IMG/VR virus record: IMGVR_UViG_2687453442_000006
Source: a virus
Taxonomy: Duplodnaviria; Heunggongvirae; Uroviricota; Caudoviricetes
Strand: one strand, 5' to 3'
Length of the DNA: 49,011 nucleotides
The translations under genes were made by a program, and so were the position numbers. Position 1 is the first letter of the stretch. The number at the start of each line of letters is the position of its first letter. The notes under the pieces are model-generated. The model had not been told where the DNA came from and did no database searches. It was given only the letters and a program-made list of their open reading frames with translations. Below are positions 25,094-34,299 of this stretch, piece after piece.

Positions 25094-25700
25094 GTTGGAG
25101 TCATTACCCAGAGAATGTTCATATTGTATTAAAAAATGATAATACAGTGTTATTAAAGGGCCTAAAAAACATTGTGTCTGTCAAATTTTCAAAGGATAGG
25201 CATCTTATAGAAACGACCTCTAATAAGCTGAAATCCAGAGAGATCACATTTCAGGAATACAGAAGAAACCTTGCTAAAGCAGGAGTTTTTCGGTGGGTTA
25301 CAAATATCCACGAACAAAAAAGATATTACTATGCCTTTGATAATTCATTACTCTTTACTGAAAACATACAGAGCACATCACAAATGTTTCCACACTAAAC
25401 CATAACGTCCGGTTTCTTCTACCCCTGCACCGGACTGGCTGACATGAAGAGCAACCCCGCGTTCAGTTGACGCGTTAATAACCCGGTGTGCATCGTTTTT
25501 GATTATTCCCGCACACTCACGCAGAAGGAATTCCCCGTCGGGCTACGGTCATGGTTAATGCGGGAATACGGCGACGATACAGCGCATGATGTGTCAGGCT
25601 TGAATACCTTTATCCGTTAAAAGGGATATCAGTTAAGTTATCCCGTGCAGGGTATAAGCCATTATCAAGCCCCCCGTAGATAGGCTTTGTAATGACATCT

Positions 25701-26225
25701 TCAATTAATCAGCAGTTCAGGCTGTGTCACCTGCAAGATGTATTCATGCTCGACAGCCAGGACACGCTTCTCTTTCTTCCGTTCGTTCATTAACCGACTG
25801 CCGATCGTACCTTTCAGCTTTGAGCGTGTTTCTTTGATGGCGTAGCGGTGCTGCATTTCTTCGCCAATTGCCATGCGGCGGCTCAGTTGTTCTGCCATCC
25901 AGTTGAATGCTGCGATATAGCTCTCCTTGATTGCCGCAGCAGCTTTCCCGGTGAACCCCATCACAACCATGATCCAGCCATCTTTCGTCAGGCTGTACAT
26001 CGGGCGAACCTTGCCCTGCTCATCGATATAATCAGCCGACGCAAAATTGCGTTGGCTAAACTCACGCGAGCAATCAGCCTTAACCTGCTCGATTTTCCTG
26101 AGAACATCACCGTGTCGCTTGCCGAAGTACTTGGCAATTTTTCTGGATGTGGTAACGACCTCTCCGTTTTTGGCTTGCACCATTTCTCGGAAGTCGAAGG
26201 CTGGAATAACTGAATGATTATTCAT
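25701..26225 (-). CDS. Rha-family phage regulatory protein
   Basis: Track ORF 25701..26468; start placed at the internal ATG giving MNNHSVIPAFDFREMVQAKNGEVVTTSRKIAKYFGKRHGDVLRKIEQV, which carries the Phage_pRha signature (VTTS...FGKRH..VLR.I); Shine-Dalgarno-like sequence upstream. Confidence 0.65.
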   Translation of the reverse strand: MNNHSVIPAFDFREMVQAKNGEVVTTSRKIAKYFGKRHGDVLRKIEQVKADCSREFSQRNFASADYIDEQGKVRPMYSLTKDGWIMVVMGFTGKAAAAIKESYIAAFNWMAEQLSRRMAIGEEMQHRYAIKETRSKLKGTIGSRLMNERKKEKRVLAVEHEYILQVTQPELLIN

Positions 26226-26567
26226 AGCGTCTTTACCTTTTAGAAAGTGAGCCTGTCTCACAGAAAAGCCGCCCGAGAGAGGTCGCCACCTATAACGGCA
26301 TTTCTCAGGCTCGCTTACTGAAAGGCTCTCGTTAATATGCGCGTGAGATGCGCTGTGAAATTCAGATATAAAAAGCCCCGCGAATGCGAGGCTAAATCCT
26401 GGTATTTGTAATGAACTGGCTCTTATCTCAACGCAGCCCCTTACTGCGCGCCAGATGCTCAATATCAAGCATCAGCAATGAGATGTTTAATCTGGATTTA
26501 CTCCAGAAGTGATCACCACCCTGTCTACAGAGCCAGATGTGAAGGATGATGAGTAAAATTATCGCTA

Positions 26568-27035
26568 TCATCGAAGGCATTGCGTCCTAATGTATTCCTG
26601 AAGCGTTCTCAGTGCTGTTTGGTCGCGGATAATTCCGTCCCGGATATCGAGAACGTTTCGTCCAGCAACTGGAGAGAGTTCGACGGTGGCATCATTGCCC
26701 ATGCCGGAGGCGCTGGAGGTTTCGGCAGAGGATGGCACAGGGCATTTTCCTTTGACGAGCACCCTGCCACCATTATCAAGCTTCCGCAGAAGAGCATCAT
26801 TTTCAGCTTTCGCATCAGCTAACTCCTTCGTGTATTTTGCATCGAGCGCAGCAACATCACGCTGACGCATCTGCATGTCAGTAATTGCCGCGTTCGCCAG
26901 CTTCAGTTCTCTGACATTTTTGTCGCGCTGGGCTTTGTAGGTAATGGCGTTATCACGGTAATGATTAACAGCCCATGACAGGCAGACGATGATGCAGATA
27001 ACCAGAGCGGAGATAATCGCGGTTACTCTGTTCAT
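26568..27035 (-). CDS. Rz: Spanin inner-membrane subunit Rz (i-spanin)
   Basis: Track ORF 26568..27047; N-terminal TM helix ([23 protein letters not shown]) then coiled-coil periplasmic domain; directly downstream of the endolysin; contains embedded Rz1. Confidence 0.8.
   Translation of the reverse strand: MNRVTAIISALVICIIVCLSWAVNHYRDNAITYKAQRDKNVRELKLANAAITDMQMRQRDVAALDAKYTKELADAKAENDALLRKLDNGGRVLVKGKCPVPSSAETSSASGMGNDATVELSPVAGRNVLDIRDGIIRDQTALRTLQEYIRTQCLR
26609..26815 (-). CDS. Rz1: Spanin outer-membrane lipoprotein Rz1 (o-spanin), embedded in the +1 frame of Rz
   Basis: 68-aa [24 protein letters not shown]... with lipobox (VAGC) and Pro-rich segment [11 protein letters not shown]; fully inside Rz in another frame, the classic Rz/Rz1 arrangement. 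Confidence 0.65.
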   Translation of the reverse strand: MRKLKMMLFCGSLIMVAGCSSKENALCHPLPKPPAPPAWAMMPPSNSLQLLDETFSISGTELSATKQH

Positions 27036-27529
27036 TGCTGACCCCACAAACAGATTTCACGCTCAATCTCACGACGAGTCATGAGACCTTTCCATTGCTT
27101 ACCGCCAGCATATGTCCAGCGACGTAGCTGATCACATGCGCCTTTGATATCGCCCTGGTTTATTTTGCGAAGAAGCGTCGATGTTCTGAAATTGCCAGCA
27201 CCCACGTTGTAAACGAATGAGTAAAGAGCGCCGCGCATTGTTTCCGGTATATCGACTTTGATGTACGGGTTAATTTGTCTGGCGACCGTGGCAAGGTCTT
27301 TATTCAGGAGGGCTTTGCATTCTGCTTTGGTATACGTTTTACCGAGCATGATGTCTTTTCCTGTATGCCCGTGACATACAGTCCATACACCAACAATATC
27401 TTTGTATGGTATGTAGCTGACACCTTCCAGACCATCGTTACCACTTGGGCCAGTAATTAACACTGATGCTGTAGCAATTGCTCCGCCACCAATAGCAGCA
27501 GCAACGGCTTTTCGTAATGATGGAGGCAT
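27032..27529 (-). CDS. R: SAR-endolysin (phage 21 R / DLP12 RrrD-like lysozyme, GH24)
   Basis: 165-aa ORF; N-terminal Gly/Ala-rich signal-anchor-release segment ([20 protein letters not shown]) followed by T4-lysozyme-like fold; matches the phage 21-type endolysin as I recall it. Confidence 0.9.
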   Translation of the reverse strand: MPPSLRKAVAAAIGGGAIATASVLITGPSGNDGLEGVSYIPYKDIVGVWTVCHGHTGKDIMLGKTYTKAECKALLNKDLATVARQINPYIKVDIPETMRGALYSFVYNVGAGNFRTSTLLRKINQGDIKGACDQLRRWTYAGGKQWKGLMTRREIEREICLWGQQ

Positions 27530-27744
27530 TATTCACCTCTCGCAGCCTTGCGCTTATCTTCTTTAATCTTGAAATAAAGGTTTGTCAGGTACGTCAGCAG
27601 GCCAAATACCAGGCTACCCAGCACACCTATTGCTGCCCACTGTGAGGGCGTGACTTTATCGAGCAGCTGTAAAAACCAGTAACCGGCACTACCTGCTGAG
27701 GTGCCATAGGCGACACCCGTTGTTAACTTATCCATGGATTTCAT
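27529..27744 (-). CDS. S: Pinholin S21-type holin (71-aa form)
   Basis: Track ORF 27529..27789; start placed at [71 protein letters not shown] (dual-start motif MKSMDK typical of the S21 71/68 pair); stop overlaps R start. Confidence 0.85.
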
Positions 27745-28332
27745 AACCCCACCTCGCAGACAAAGCGGGTGTAAATTGAGGGAATACAACGTATCGCAAA
27801 AAAGCAGAAACGTAACAGACTCGGAGTCAGTGAATAACTCAGGTATTGAGTTATCAGCTAATATCGAGACTCAAAAAATGGAAAAACCAGCTCGACGGCG
27901 GGTTTAAGCTGTGTGACGAAGTAACCACTCTTAACAGCATAACCAATTTTTTACGTACGTAAACCACTGAATGATATTTATGAGAATGCTACCGAGTGTT
28001 CAAAACTCCACCACAAATACATAAGAAAACCTCAACAAATAACCAATAAATAATTTCAGACGTTATTTTTAGTTGATTTAAATTAGACTGCCGAATTATA
28101 GAACCCCCATAAATAACAGCCATTAATATAAATTAGCTAATAGGTTTATTTTTGTTCAAATAAGAGCCATAAATAGGTTTCGATAGAAAAAGTTCAGATA
28201 AAAATAGAGATCTACTTCACAAATTAAATGAGAAACTAAAACTTACATCTTGAAATAATCACATTGATTAGATGAATATTTATCGCGCAGTGACATCATT
28301 TTTTAATAATAGTTCAAAAAAAAGGGCTCACG

Positions 28333-29415
28333 ATGAAAAAATTAACAGTGGCAATTTCTGCTGTAGCTGCATCAGTACTGATGGCGATGTCTGCTCAGGC
28401 AGCTGAAATTTATAATAAAGACAGTAACAAGCTGGATCTGTACGGGAAAGTTAATGCTAAGCACTACTTCTCCTCTAATGATGCAGATGATGGTGATACT
28501 ACTTATGCCCGTCTTGGCTTCAAAGGTGAAACCCAAATCAACGATCAACTGACTGGTTTCGGTCAGTGGGAATATGAATTCAAAGGCAACCGCGCTGAAT
28601 CTCAAGGTTCCTCCAAAGACAAAACCCGTCTTGCATTTGCAGGCCTGAAATTCGGTGACTACGGCTCAATCGATTACGGCCGTAACTACGGTGTAGCATA
28701 CGACATCGGTGCGTGGACTGACGTTCTGCCAGAATTCGGTGGCGATACCTGGACCCAAACAGATGTATTCATGACTGGTCGCACCACAGGTGTTGCAACT
28801 TATCGTAACAACGACTTCTTTGGTCTGGTTGATGGCCTGAACTTTGCAGCTCAGTATCAGGGCAAAAATGACCGAAATGAAGTAACTGAAGCTAATGGCG
28901 ATGGTTTCGGTTTCTCAACTACTTATGAGTATGAAGGATTCGGCGTGGGTGCAACCTATGCTAAATCTGATCGCACTAATAATCAGGTTATCTACGGTAA
29001 CAACGGTCTGAATGCTTCTGGTCAAAATGCTGAAGTATGGGCAGCTGGTCTGAAATATGATGCGAACAACATCTATCTGGCCACCACCTATTCTGAAACC
29101 CAGAACATGACTGTTTTTGGTAATAACCATATTGCCAACAAAGCACAAAACTTCGAAGCTGTTGCACAATATCAGTTCGACTTCGGCCTGCGTCCATCCG
29201 TTGCTTACCTGCATTCTAAAGGAAAAGACTTGGGTGTTTGGGGTGATCAGGACCTGGTTGAATATGTTGATGTAGGTGCAACCTATTACTTCAACAAAAA
29301 TATGTCCACTTTTGTTGACTACAAAATCAACCTGATTGATAAGAGCGATTTCACGAAAGCATCTGGCGTTGCTACCGATGATATCGTTGCTGTAGGTATG
29401 GTTTACCAGTTCTAA
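28333..29415 (+). CDS. Prophage-encoded general porin (OmpC/OmpF/PhoE family; NmpC/Lc-like)
   Basis: 360-aa ORF with signal peptide [46 protein letters not shown] and C-terminal ...VAVGMVYQF typical of 16-strand enterobacterial porins; opposite strand to late genes, between Q and the lysis cassette, as in DLP12 (nmpC) and PA-2 (lc). Confidence 0.9.
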   Translation: MKKLTVAISAVAASVLMAMSAQAAEIYNKDSNKLDLYGKVNAKHYFSSNDADDGDTTYARLGFKGETQINDQLTGFGQWEYEFKGNRAESQGSSKDKTRLAFAGLKFGDYGSIDYGRNYGVAYDIGAWTDVLPEFGGDTWTQTDVFMTGRTTGVATYRNNDFFGLVDGLNFAAQYQGKNDRNEVTEANGDGFGFSTTYEYEGFGVGATYAKSDRTNNQVIYGNNGLNASGQNAEVWAAGLKYDANNIYLATTYSETQNMTVFGNNHIANKAQNFEAVAQYQFDFGLRPSVAYLHSKGKDLGVWGDQDLVEYVDVGATYYFNKNMSTFVDYKINLIDKSDFTKASGVATDDIVAVGMVYQF

Positions 29416-29435
29416 TTTGATTACTAAAAGATATG

Positions 29436-29580
29436 TTGTGGGAGGCTTTGCCTCCCCAACATATAAGTGGCTCCCTCAAGCCACTTCCTTTAGAAGCACA
29501 ACCTTGCTTCTAACTATACAAACCTTCTGTTATATATTACCCTTTATTTTTGGGGGCGTTTCAACGCCCCATTTTTAATA
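29436..29580. terminator. Cluster of hairpins between the porin gene and Q (candidate porin terminator on plus strand; candidate late tR'-like terminator on minus strand)
   Basis: Three GC-rich inverted repeats (gggaggc/gcctccc; agtggct/agccact; gggggcg/cgcccc) each with adjacent T-runs; boundaries approximate; functional assignment is inference. Confidence 0.4.
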
Positions 29581-29603
29581 ACTTTTAGTAAATAATTGGC
29601 GTA

Positions 29604-29987
29604 TTAATTAGAGTTATTAACAACGATATCCATCTCTAACCGGATATCTAATGCCATTAACATCCCTTCAATTATGCCCTCAGCCTTTTGTAACCTTTTC
29701 CCGATATAACCATCAGAGCAGCAATGCTTACCTGCCAGTGACATGAATGTCATACCGACTACATAATAATCTACTAATAAATCGTGCAAATCGCTGTTGT
29801 TCTTTTTCAGACGGGCCATGCACCCGCAAATAATCATCGCGTCATCGTCACAACATTGCGGGCGAGATTTTACTTTTGAAGTAATTAATCCCTTAAAACC
29901 GGCGGCAATGGACGACCAGGTCACATCTTCATGATTATTAGCCGCCCACGCTCCCCAACGCTCAAGAACCATCTGAATATCACGCAT
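29604..29987 (-). CDS. Q: Late gene antiterminator Q (phage 21/82/DLP12 QuuD type)
   Basis: Track ORF 29604..30002; [60 protein letters not shown]... matches DLP12 QuuD as I recall it; start at MRDIQM chosen (alternative 15 nt upstream). Confidence 0.8.
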   Translation of the reverse strand: MRDIQMVLERWGAWAANNHEDVTWSSIAAGFKGLITSKVKSRPQCCDDDAMIICGCMARLKKNNSDLHDLLVDYYVVGMTFMSLAGKHCCSDGYIGKRLQKAEGIIEGMLMALDIRLEMDIVVNNSN

Positions 29988-30209
29988 CAACTTACTCCAC
30001 AAAAATCAGGCCAGAACGCCAATTACAAGCAAAAATCAACAAAACAGTATTAGTTGATTGTTATCTCTGACTTCATACTCCTGCTCCTGTCAGGGTTTTG
30101 GCGTAATTCTTCAGTATTCGGTAATCGGTCAAAACAGAACCGGGGGAACGATATAAGCGCAGACGCCCCCAGCGGTGGAGAAGAAGTTCTGCCATATTAA
30201 ACTCAAACA

Positions 30210-30572
30210 TCATTCATTCCCCATTTCGGTGATGGTCAGTTCCAGCCTCCCACCTTTGGTAACAGGCATCTTCACAACGCGGTAATCAACGACCTGAGCA
30301 TCATCCAGCCAGAAACCTGCTTTGGTAAGTGCGTCAAAAGCAGCTTTTTGCAGATTATCCAGGTCACGGCGACGGCGATCCGGCATGTGACACTCAATGC
30401 GGATTTTCACAGGAATAGCCAGGCCGATATCCAGCATTGCGTTTTTAATGATTCGGGCGACGTTATCGCGGTATGCCTGCCCCTCTGCGCTGATGTGCGT
30501 GCGCCCGCGATTATGGCGGTAATAGCGATTATTGCTCGGAGGCCAGGGTAATGTGATGTGGTAAGTATTCAC
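30210..30572 (-). CDS. rusA: Holliday junction resolvase RusA
   Basis: Track ORF 30210..30635; homology to RusA begins at (V/M)[37 protein letters not shown]; GTG start with GAGGGGG Shine-Dalgarno chosen, overlapping ybcO stop; 120 aa. Confidence 0.85.
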   Translation of the reverse strand: MNTYHITLPWPPSNNRYYRHNRGRTHISAEGQAYRDNVARIIKNAMLDIGLAIPVKIRIECHMPDRRRRDLDNLQKAAFDALTKAGFWLDDAQVVDYRVVKMPVTKGGRLELTITEMGNE

Positions 30573-30859
30573 GCCTTGATTACCCCCTCTTTCAGCCAGA
30601 TAACCTGCGTTCTCGCCATACCTTCCAGCGCGCATTCTTTTGCGTACTCAGCATCGACAAAATGCGTGCGGCGATCGATTTCGTCGTGGCAGGCAGAACA
30701 TGCAATGGTGGCAATCAGGTCTGGCGGTTTAATACCGGTGCCGCACAATCCAGCCAGCCGGATATATGCCAGTACAGACGTTTCAGGGTTGCCATTACAT
30801 ACGCCAGGGATTCTTACCTGGCATTCCCGACCACGCGCTGCTTTTCTCAAATCAGCCAT
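30569..30859 (-). CDS. ybcO: YbcO-like (DUF1364) putative nuclease
   Basis: Track ORF 30569..30898; start moved in to [42 protein letters not shown]..., Cys-rich; matches DLP12 YbcO from memory; start overlaps ninE stop. Confidence 0.8.
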   Translation of the reverse strand: MADLRKAARGRECQVRIPGVCNGNPETSVLAYIRLAGLCGTGIKPPDLIATIACSACHDEIDRRTHFVDAEYAKECALEGMARTQVIWLKEGVIKA

Positions 30860-31022
30860 GATTCCTCCTTGCTGCCAGTCGCAACCATTTTTTATCAACC
30901 AGGCTGGCGGTATATCCGAGCAGTGTTGGTATTTCGGATGGCTTCAGCTCAGGTTTACGCTTACGACGATTTGGTACTTTGTAGATGTGTCCGTTCATGA
31001 CACGAATAAGCGGTGTAGCCAT
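30852..31022 (-). CDS. ninE: NinE
   Basis: 56-aa ORF not in the track (below 60 aa), translated by eye as [56 protein letters not shown]; near-identical to lambda NinE; ATG overlaps ybcN stop (TAATG). Confidence 0.7.
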   Translation of the reverse strand: MATPLIRVMNGHIYKVPNRRKRKPELKPSEIPTLLGYTASLVDKKWLRLAARRNHG

Positions 31023-31477
31023 TACGCCTCCTGCTTGTCGCGCAGCAGCTGGAACTCGCAGCTCTGCGGAATAGTCAGGTGACAGCCAATATTCATCGCC
31101 CAGGCTTCAACCTTACACAGGAAGACATACATCTCTCCGGTATCAAGATCGGAGGTATGGCGTAACGACTGGATAGTAGTGATTTCGCCGGTTACGACAT
31201 CAACCAGGTCCTTGGTTTCATAACCGAGGTATGTGTGTTTGAGAGCATCTTTTACCCATGCTGCGGTAGCGAACGATTTCCCCCTGCTGATGAGGTATTC
31301 ACTGATTTCGCTGTACCACATGTGGCTGAGTGCATTCTGGGAAAGACTGCGTCTCTCTCGCCACGGTTTAAGCACCATGCGAAAGCATTTGCCTTCCTCC
31401 AGATAAGGCTGGATCTGCTGGCCGATAGCGGTGAAGTTGCCGCGATGTAATTTGATGCCGTCTTGTGAGAGGTTCAC
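31022..31477 (-). CDS. ybcN: YbcN-like protein (DLP12 nin-region protein)
   Basis: 151-aa ORF (GTG start, GGAGG Shine-Dalgarno) [62 protein letters not shown]...; matches DLP12 YbcN as I recall it. Confidence 0.8.
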   Translation of the reverse strand: MNLSQDGIKLHRGNFTAIGQQIQPYLEEGKCFRMVLKPWRERRSLSQNALSHMWYSEISEYLISRGKSFATAAWVKDALKHTYLGYETKDLVDVVTGEITTIQSLRHTSDLDTGEMYVFLCKVEAWAMNIGCHLTIPQSCEFQLLRDKQEA

Positions 31478-32065
31478 GCTTCACCTCCGCAGAGGTCAAA
31501 CGTTAGATGCAAAGAATTGCAGGTGCATTTCTGCATCTGTGACGGGAGAAGTGAGTTTGGATTGTGTGTGCGCATAAACGTCCCCGTTTAGCGCAGAAGT
31601 CACCGGAGTTGTTCAGGCTCCGATGAGATGATTATGGCGGGTTGATTATTGAAAATCAATTTTGTGGATTTAGGCGCAATATGAAGGATCATTAGCAGCT
31701 CTAATACCGTTCTGAATCGATTGCTCGCACCCTATTGTGAGCCAGGAAATATTTTTGCTCGATGTAAGTCAAGCCACCGGCTTCACGTCGCTCAGATACT
31801 TGAGGAAGTGGAGTGACATTCTGGCAGGCGGTTAGCATCACCTGCTCGCCATAACCAAGCGAGTGTACAAAGTTCGCTGTCGGTGAATCACCTTTTTATT
31901 GGAGCGCGCTGCACTTCTCATTGAGGATAATTGGTACCCAGTAGACGTATTTTTTCGCTACTGAGTACCTGTGACGATGGCAATCAGATCGGCACTACGA
32001 CAAGTGAAAAAAATCACATTGTATTAAGCATGATTTCATTAAAAACTGGCCAATAGTTATTAAAA

Positions 32066-32086
32066 GACCCCTTGCGGGGTCTTTTA
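32066..32086. terminator. Bidirectional rho-independent terminator downstream of the SIR2-like gene
   Basis: Perfect hairpin gaccccTTGCggggtc flanked by an A-run upstream and T-run downstream (aaaagacccc...ggggtctttt); about 125 bp past the SIR2-like stop. Confidence 0.6.
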
Positions 32087-32208
32087 ATTTATTGTTTTTT
32101 AAGCATTTCCTTGATTTTTTTCTTACTTTCTTCAGAAATTCTGCTTTGGTTGTTGATATTTTTCTGCTTCATAAGCCCCTTCACTCTCAGTTAATCACTG
32201 TTCAATTA

Positions 32209-34191
32209 TTAAGCTGGTTTGCTTATACTTTCTTCGCCAGTGCGTAATCCATCAAATGCCTCATCATTGTCTGCTGATTTGTGAGTTATGGCTTTCTTTT
32301 TATCTGTAGGTATTTCTCTCACATCAGGGCTGAGACTTTGAGTCTCATCCTCAGCAGGAACAACCTCTGGTAACTCCGTTTCTTCTTCGAATGAAACGTT
32401 ATAACCACGCTCTATAGCTACTAGCTTGACCTTTTCATAAAACTCTGTAGAAATCAAGTCAAAAATCGGCATTGATTGCGTCAATATTGTAACTATCTCA
32501 GTTTCATCTAATGCTGATAGCACTTCTTCAGCAATGTCCCATTTTTCTAAAAGTATAGCAGCCCCCAGAGCAAGCCAAGCTTCGTTTTTATCTATCACTT
32601 CATTCAGCACTTCCTCAAGCTCTTGTTGCTGTTTTGCTGAAAGCGGCTGCTTTTGTAATTTGTTGCAAAGAACTCTATTTATAAGCAATAACTGCTTATG
32701 TTTAGACGGTATTGTTCGGGATTCAAGTATGTCCATAAGGCTATTCGCAATTTTGAATTTTTTAGCATCCATTAAGTCCACTAATCCATTTACAAGCTTG
32801 CCAACTTCACCATCATTCATTTTGTTATAACTTGTTATTCTTTCTATTGACTTTTGTATTTCAGAATCATTATCCAAATGAATATAGGAACGAAGTATTA
32901 ATACTTCTGTTTCGAGAGATTTCCCATTAGCCAGATGTTTAGTAGCATATTCTACACATTCATTATACTCTCCAGCACGAAATGCAGAGTTTGCAATCAA
33001 ATAATTGGGGGTATTATAAAAATGAATCCCCTCAGGAGAACCAGCAAATTTAGTTTCCTTTAACATTATTTCTAAAGATTTAGTGATCGAATTATCATCT
33101 AACGATGAGTCTTTCTCTGAAAGAAGTACTTTTATTTTTTTTACAAACTGGCTTACTGTATTCACTCTCCTGACATGATCAGCAAGATTATTCATATCTC
33201 TTTTAATAATCTCATGCTGGACATCTGCGTCATCTTCTTCAGCTATAGAGAAATATCTATCTAGTTTATTAGATAATGCAGAGTATGGCTCTACTACCTC
33301 TTGCTGCAAATTACAGCCTAATGCGTAATGTAATTCAGCCATGAACTCATCAAATCCATTAATTTTAATAAGATGAAAATGAGGAAAGCGGGCCAGATTT
33401 TTAAGTTGCTCAGAAAGTTTTTCAGTGTCTGAGTCACGGATACACCAATAAATCCCATGAGGAAAACAACTACCGGAATGCAATAACGTATTGAGAGTAT
33501 CCATAATTGAACGGTCGTGTCCCGAGTACCCAATAACGATCATGCCAAATTCAGTTGCAAACTGTCTAAATTTGGCCCTCATGTTATCTTCAAGTGACTC
33601 AAGCTCCCTTATAGTATTCTTGATATTGTCAAATAAAAAATCACCATGTAATTTTATTATTTTTGGCCGAGCTGTGGTTAAACGTATGCTGTTGATACTT
33701 GAATCGTGGGCACACACTATTGGTCTCAGATTATTAGAAAAGGTAAAGCAAGCTTCATTGACTAAATCATCGAAGTTAGTCGTAAAAATTGTATTAAAAT
33801 GGCCTTTATCCAATAGATTTGTGAGATAAACGTATCCCCAAGATGGTTTAGCTGCGGTAATACAACTTTCAATAAATTCTCTTCTTTGAGTTGGTTGATC
33901 ATATAATGCTTCAAAAAGCTCTGAATACTCATTATCTTTATCGTACCAAACTTGTTTTTTGAGAGCATCTTCTCCATACATTAGAGTGTAAGCATCTCTC
34001 CAGCGCCTTATCATCCCACCAGCACTATCAACACCACTTGAGATACTAGCACCTGCACCAAGAAAAAGAGTAAAATTTGGATGATGTTGTTTGGTTGAAG
34101 TCAGGATGTTAATTAGGTGCTGCTGTGGTCTAATTTTCATATATATACCGAGACATTCCATGAAAGTTATCATCGGTTCCATATGATACAC
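32209..34191 (-). CDS. SIR2-like (SIR2_2 family) NAD-binding protein with C-terminal helical domain; candidate anti-phage defence NADase
   Basis: 660-aa ORF; N-terminal half has sirtuin-like motifs in order: FTLFLGAGASISSGV, TTNFDDLVNEA, KIIKLHGDF, IVIGYSGHD; C-terminal about 350 aa Leu/Glu/Lys-rich helical with acidic tail; strongly AT-rich; true start uncertain (several in-frame GTG/ATG). Confidence 0.7.
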   Translation of the reverse strand: MYHMEPMITFMECLGIYMKIRPQQHLINILTSTKQHHPNFTLFLGAGASISSGVDSAGGMIRRWRDAYTLMYGEDALKKQVWYDKDNEYSELFEALYDQPTQRREFIESCITAAKPSWGYVYLTNLLDKGHFNTIFTTNFDDLVNEACFTFSNNLRPIVCAHDSSINSIRLTTARPKIIKLHGDFLFDNIKNTIRELESLEDNMRAKFRQFATEFGMIVIGYSGHDRSIMDTLNTLLHSGSCFPHGIYWCIRDSDTEKLSEQLKNLARFPHFHLIKINGFDEFMAELHYALGCNLQQEVVEPYSALSNKLDRYFSIAEEDDADVQHEIIKRDMNNLADHVRRVNTVSQFVKKIKVLLSEKDSSLDDNSITKSLEIMLKETKFAGSPEGIHFYNTPNYLIANSAFRAGEYNECVEYATKHLANGKSLETEVLILRSYIHLDNDSEIQKSIERITSYNKMNDGEVGKLVNGLVDLMDAKKFKIANSLMDILESRTIPSKHKQLLLINRVLCNKLQKQPLSAKQQQELEEVLNEVIDKNEAWLALGAAILLEKWDIAEEVLSALDETEIVTILTQSMPIFDLISTEFYEKVKLVAIERGYNVSFEEETELPEVVPAEDETQSLSPDVREIPTDKKKAITHKSADNDEAFDGLRTGEESISKPA

Positions 34192-34299
34192 GATATCCAG
34201 CTGGTTCGATCATTTTCGCAACAATAAAATGATGCATTCCACTATCTTATACTCCCTATGTTACCCCTAATGTTAACGAGAACTTAACACAGTTGTCTT

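Larger units (their letters stand above)
24341..25108 (+). mobile_element. IS1 insertion sequence (768 bp) with 9-bp target site duplication
   Basis: Terminal inverted repeats GGTAATG.TGCCAACTTACTGAT ... ATCAGTAAGTTGGAGTCATTACC; insA and insB' inside; direct repeat CAGAGAATG immediately flanking both ends; ends approximate to 1-2 bp. Confidence 0.9.
24211..25398 (+). pseudogene. ybcV-like (DUF1398-type) gene interrupted by IS1
   Basis: ATG with GGAAGG Shine-Dalgarno near 24211; reading frame [43 protein letters not shown] runs into the IS1 end and resumes in frame after the 9-bp duplication ([20 protein letters not shown]...SQMFPH, track ORF 25147..25398); reconstructed product about 136 aa. 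Confidence 0.6.

Noticed and set aside
27790-28332. AT-rich 540-bp intergenic region between holin and porin examined for tRNA genes or a small RNA
   Set aside because: No cloverleaf-compatible sequence (no conserved T-loop GTTCRANYC or acceptor-stem pairing) found by eye; most simply the porin promoter/regulatory region. A dedicated tRNAscan/Infernal run would be needed to exclude small RNAs.
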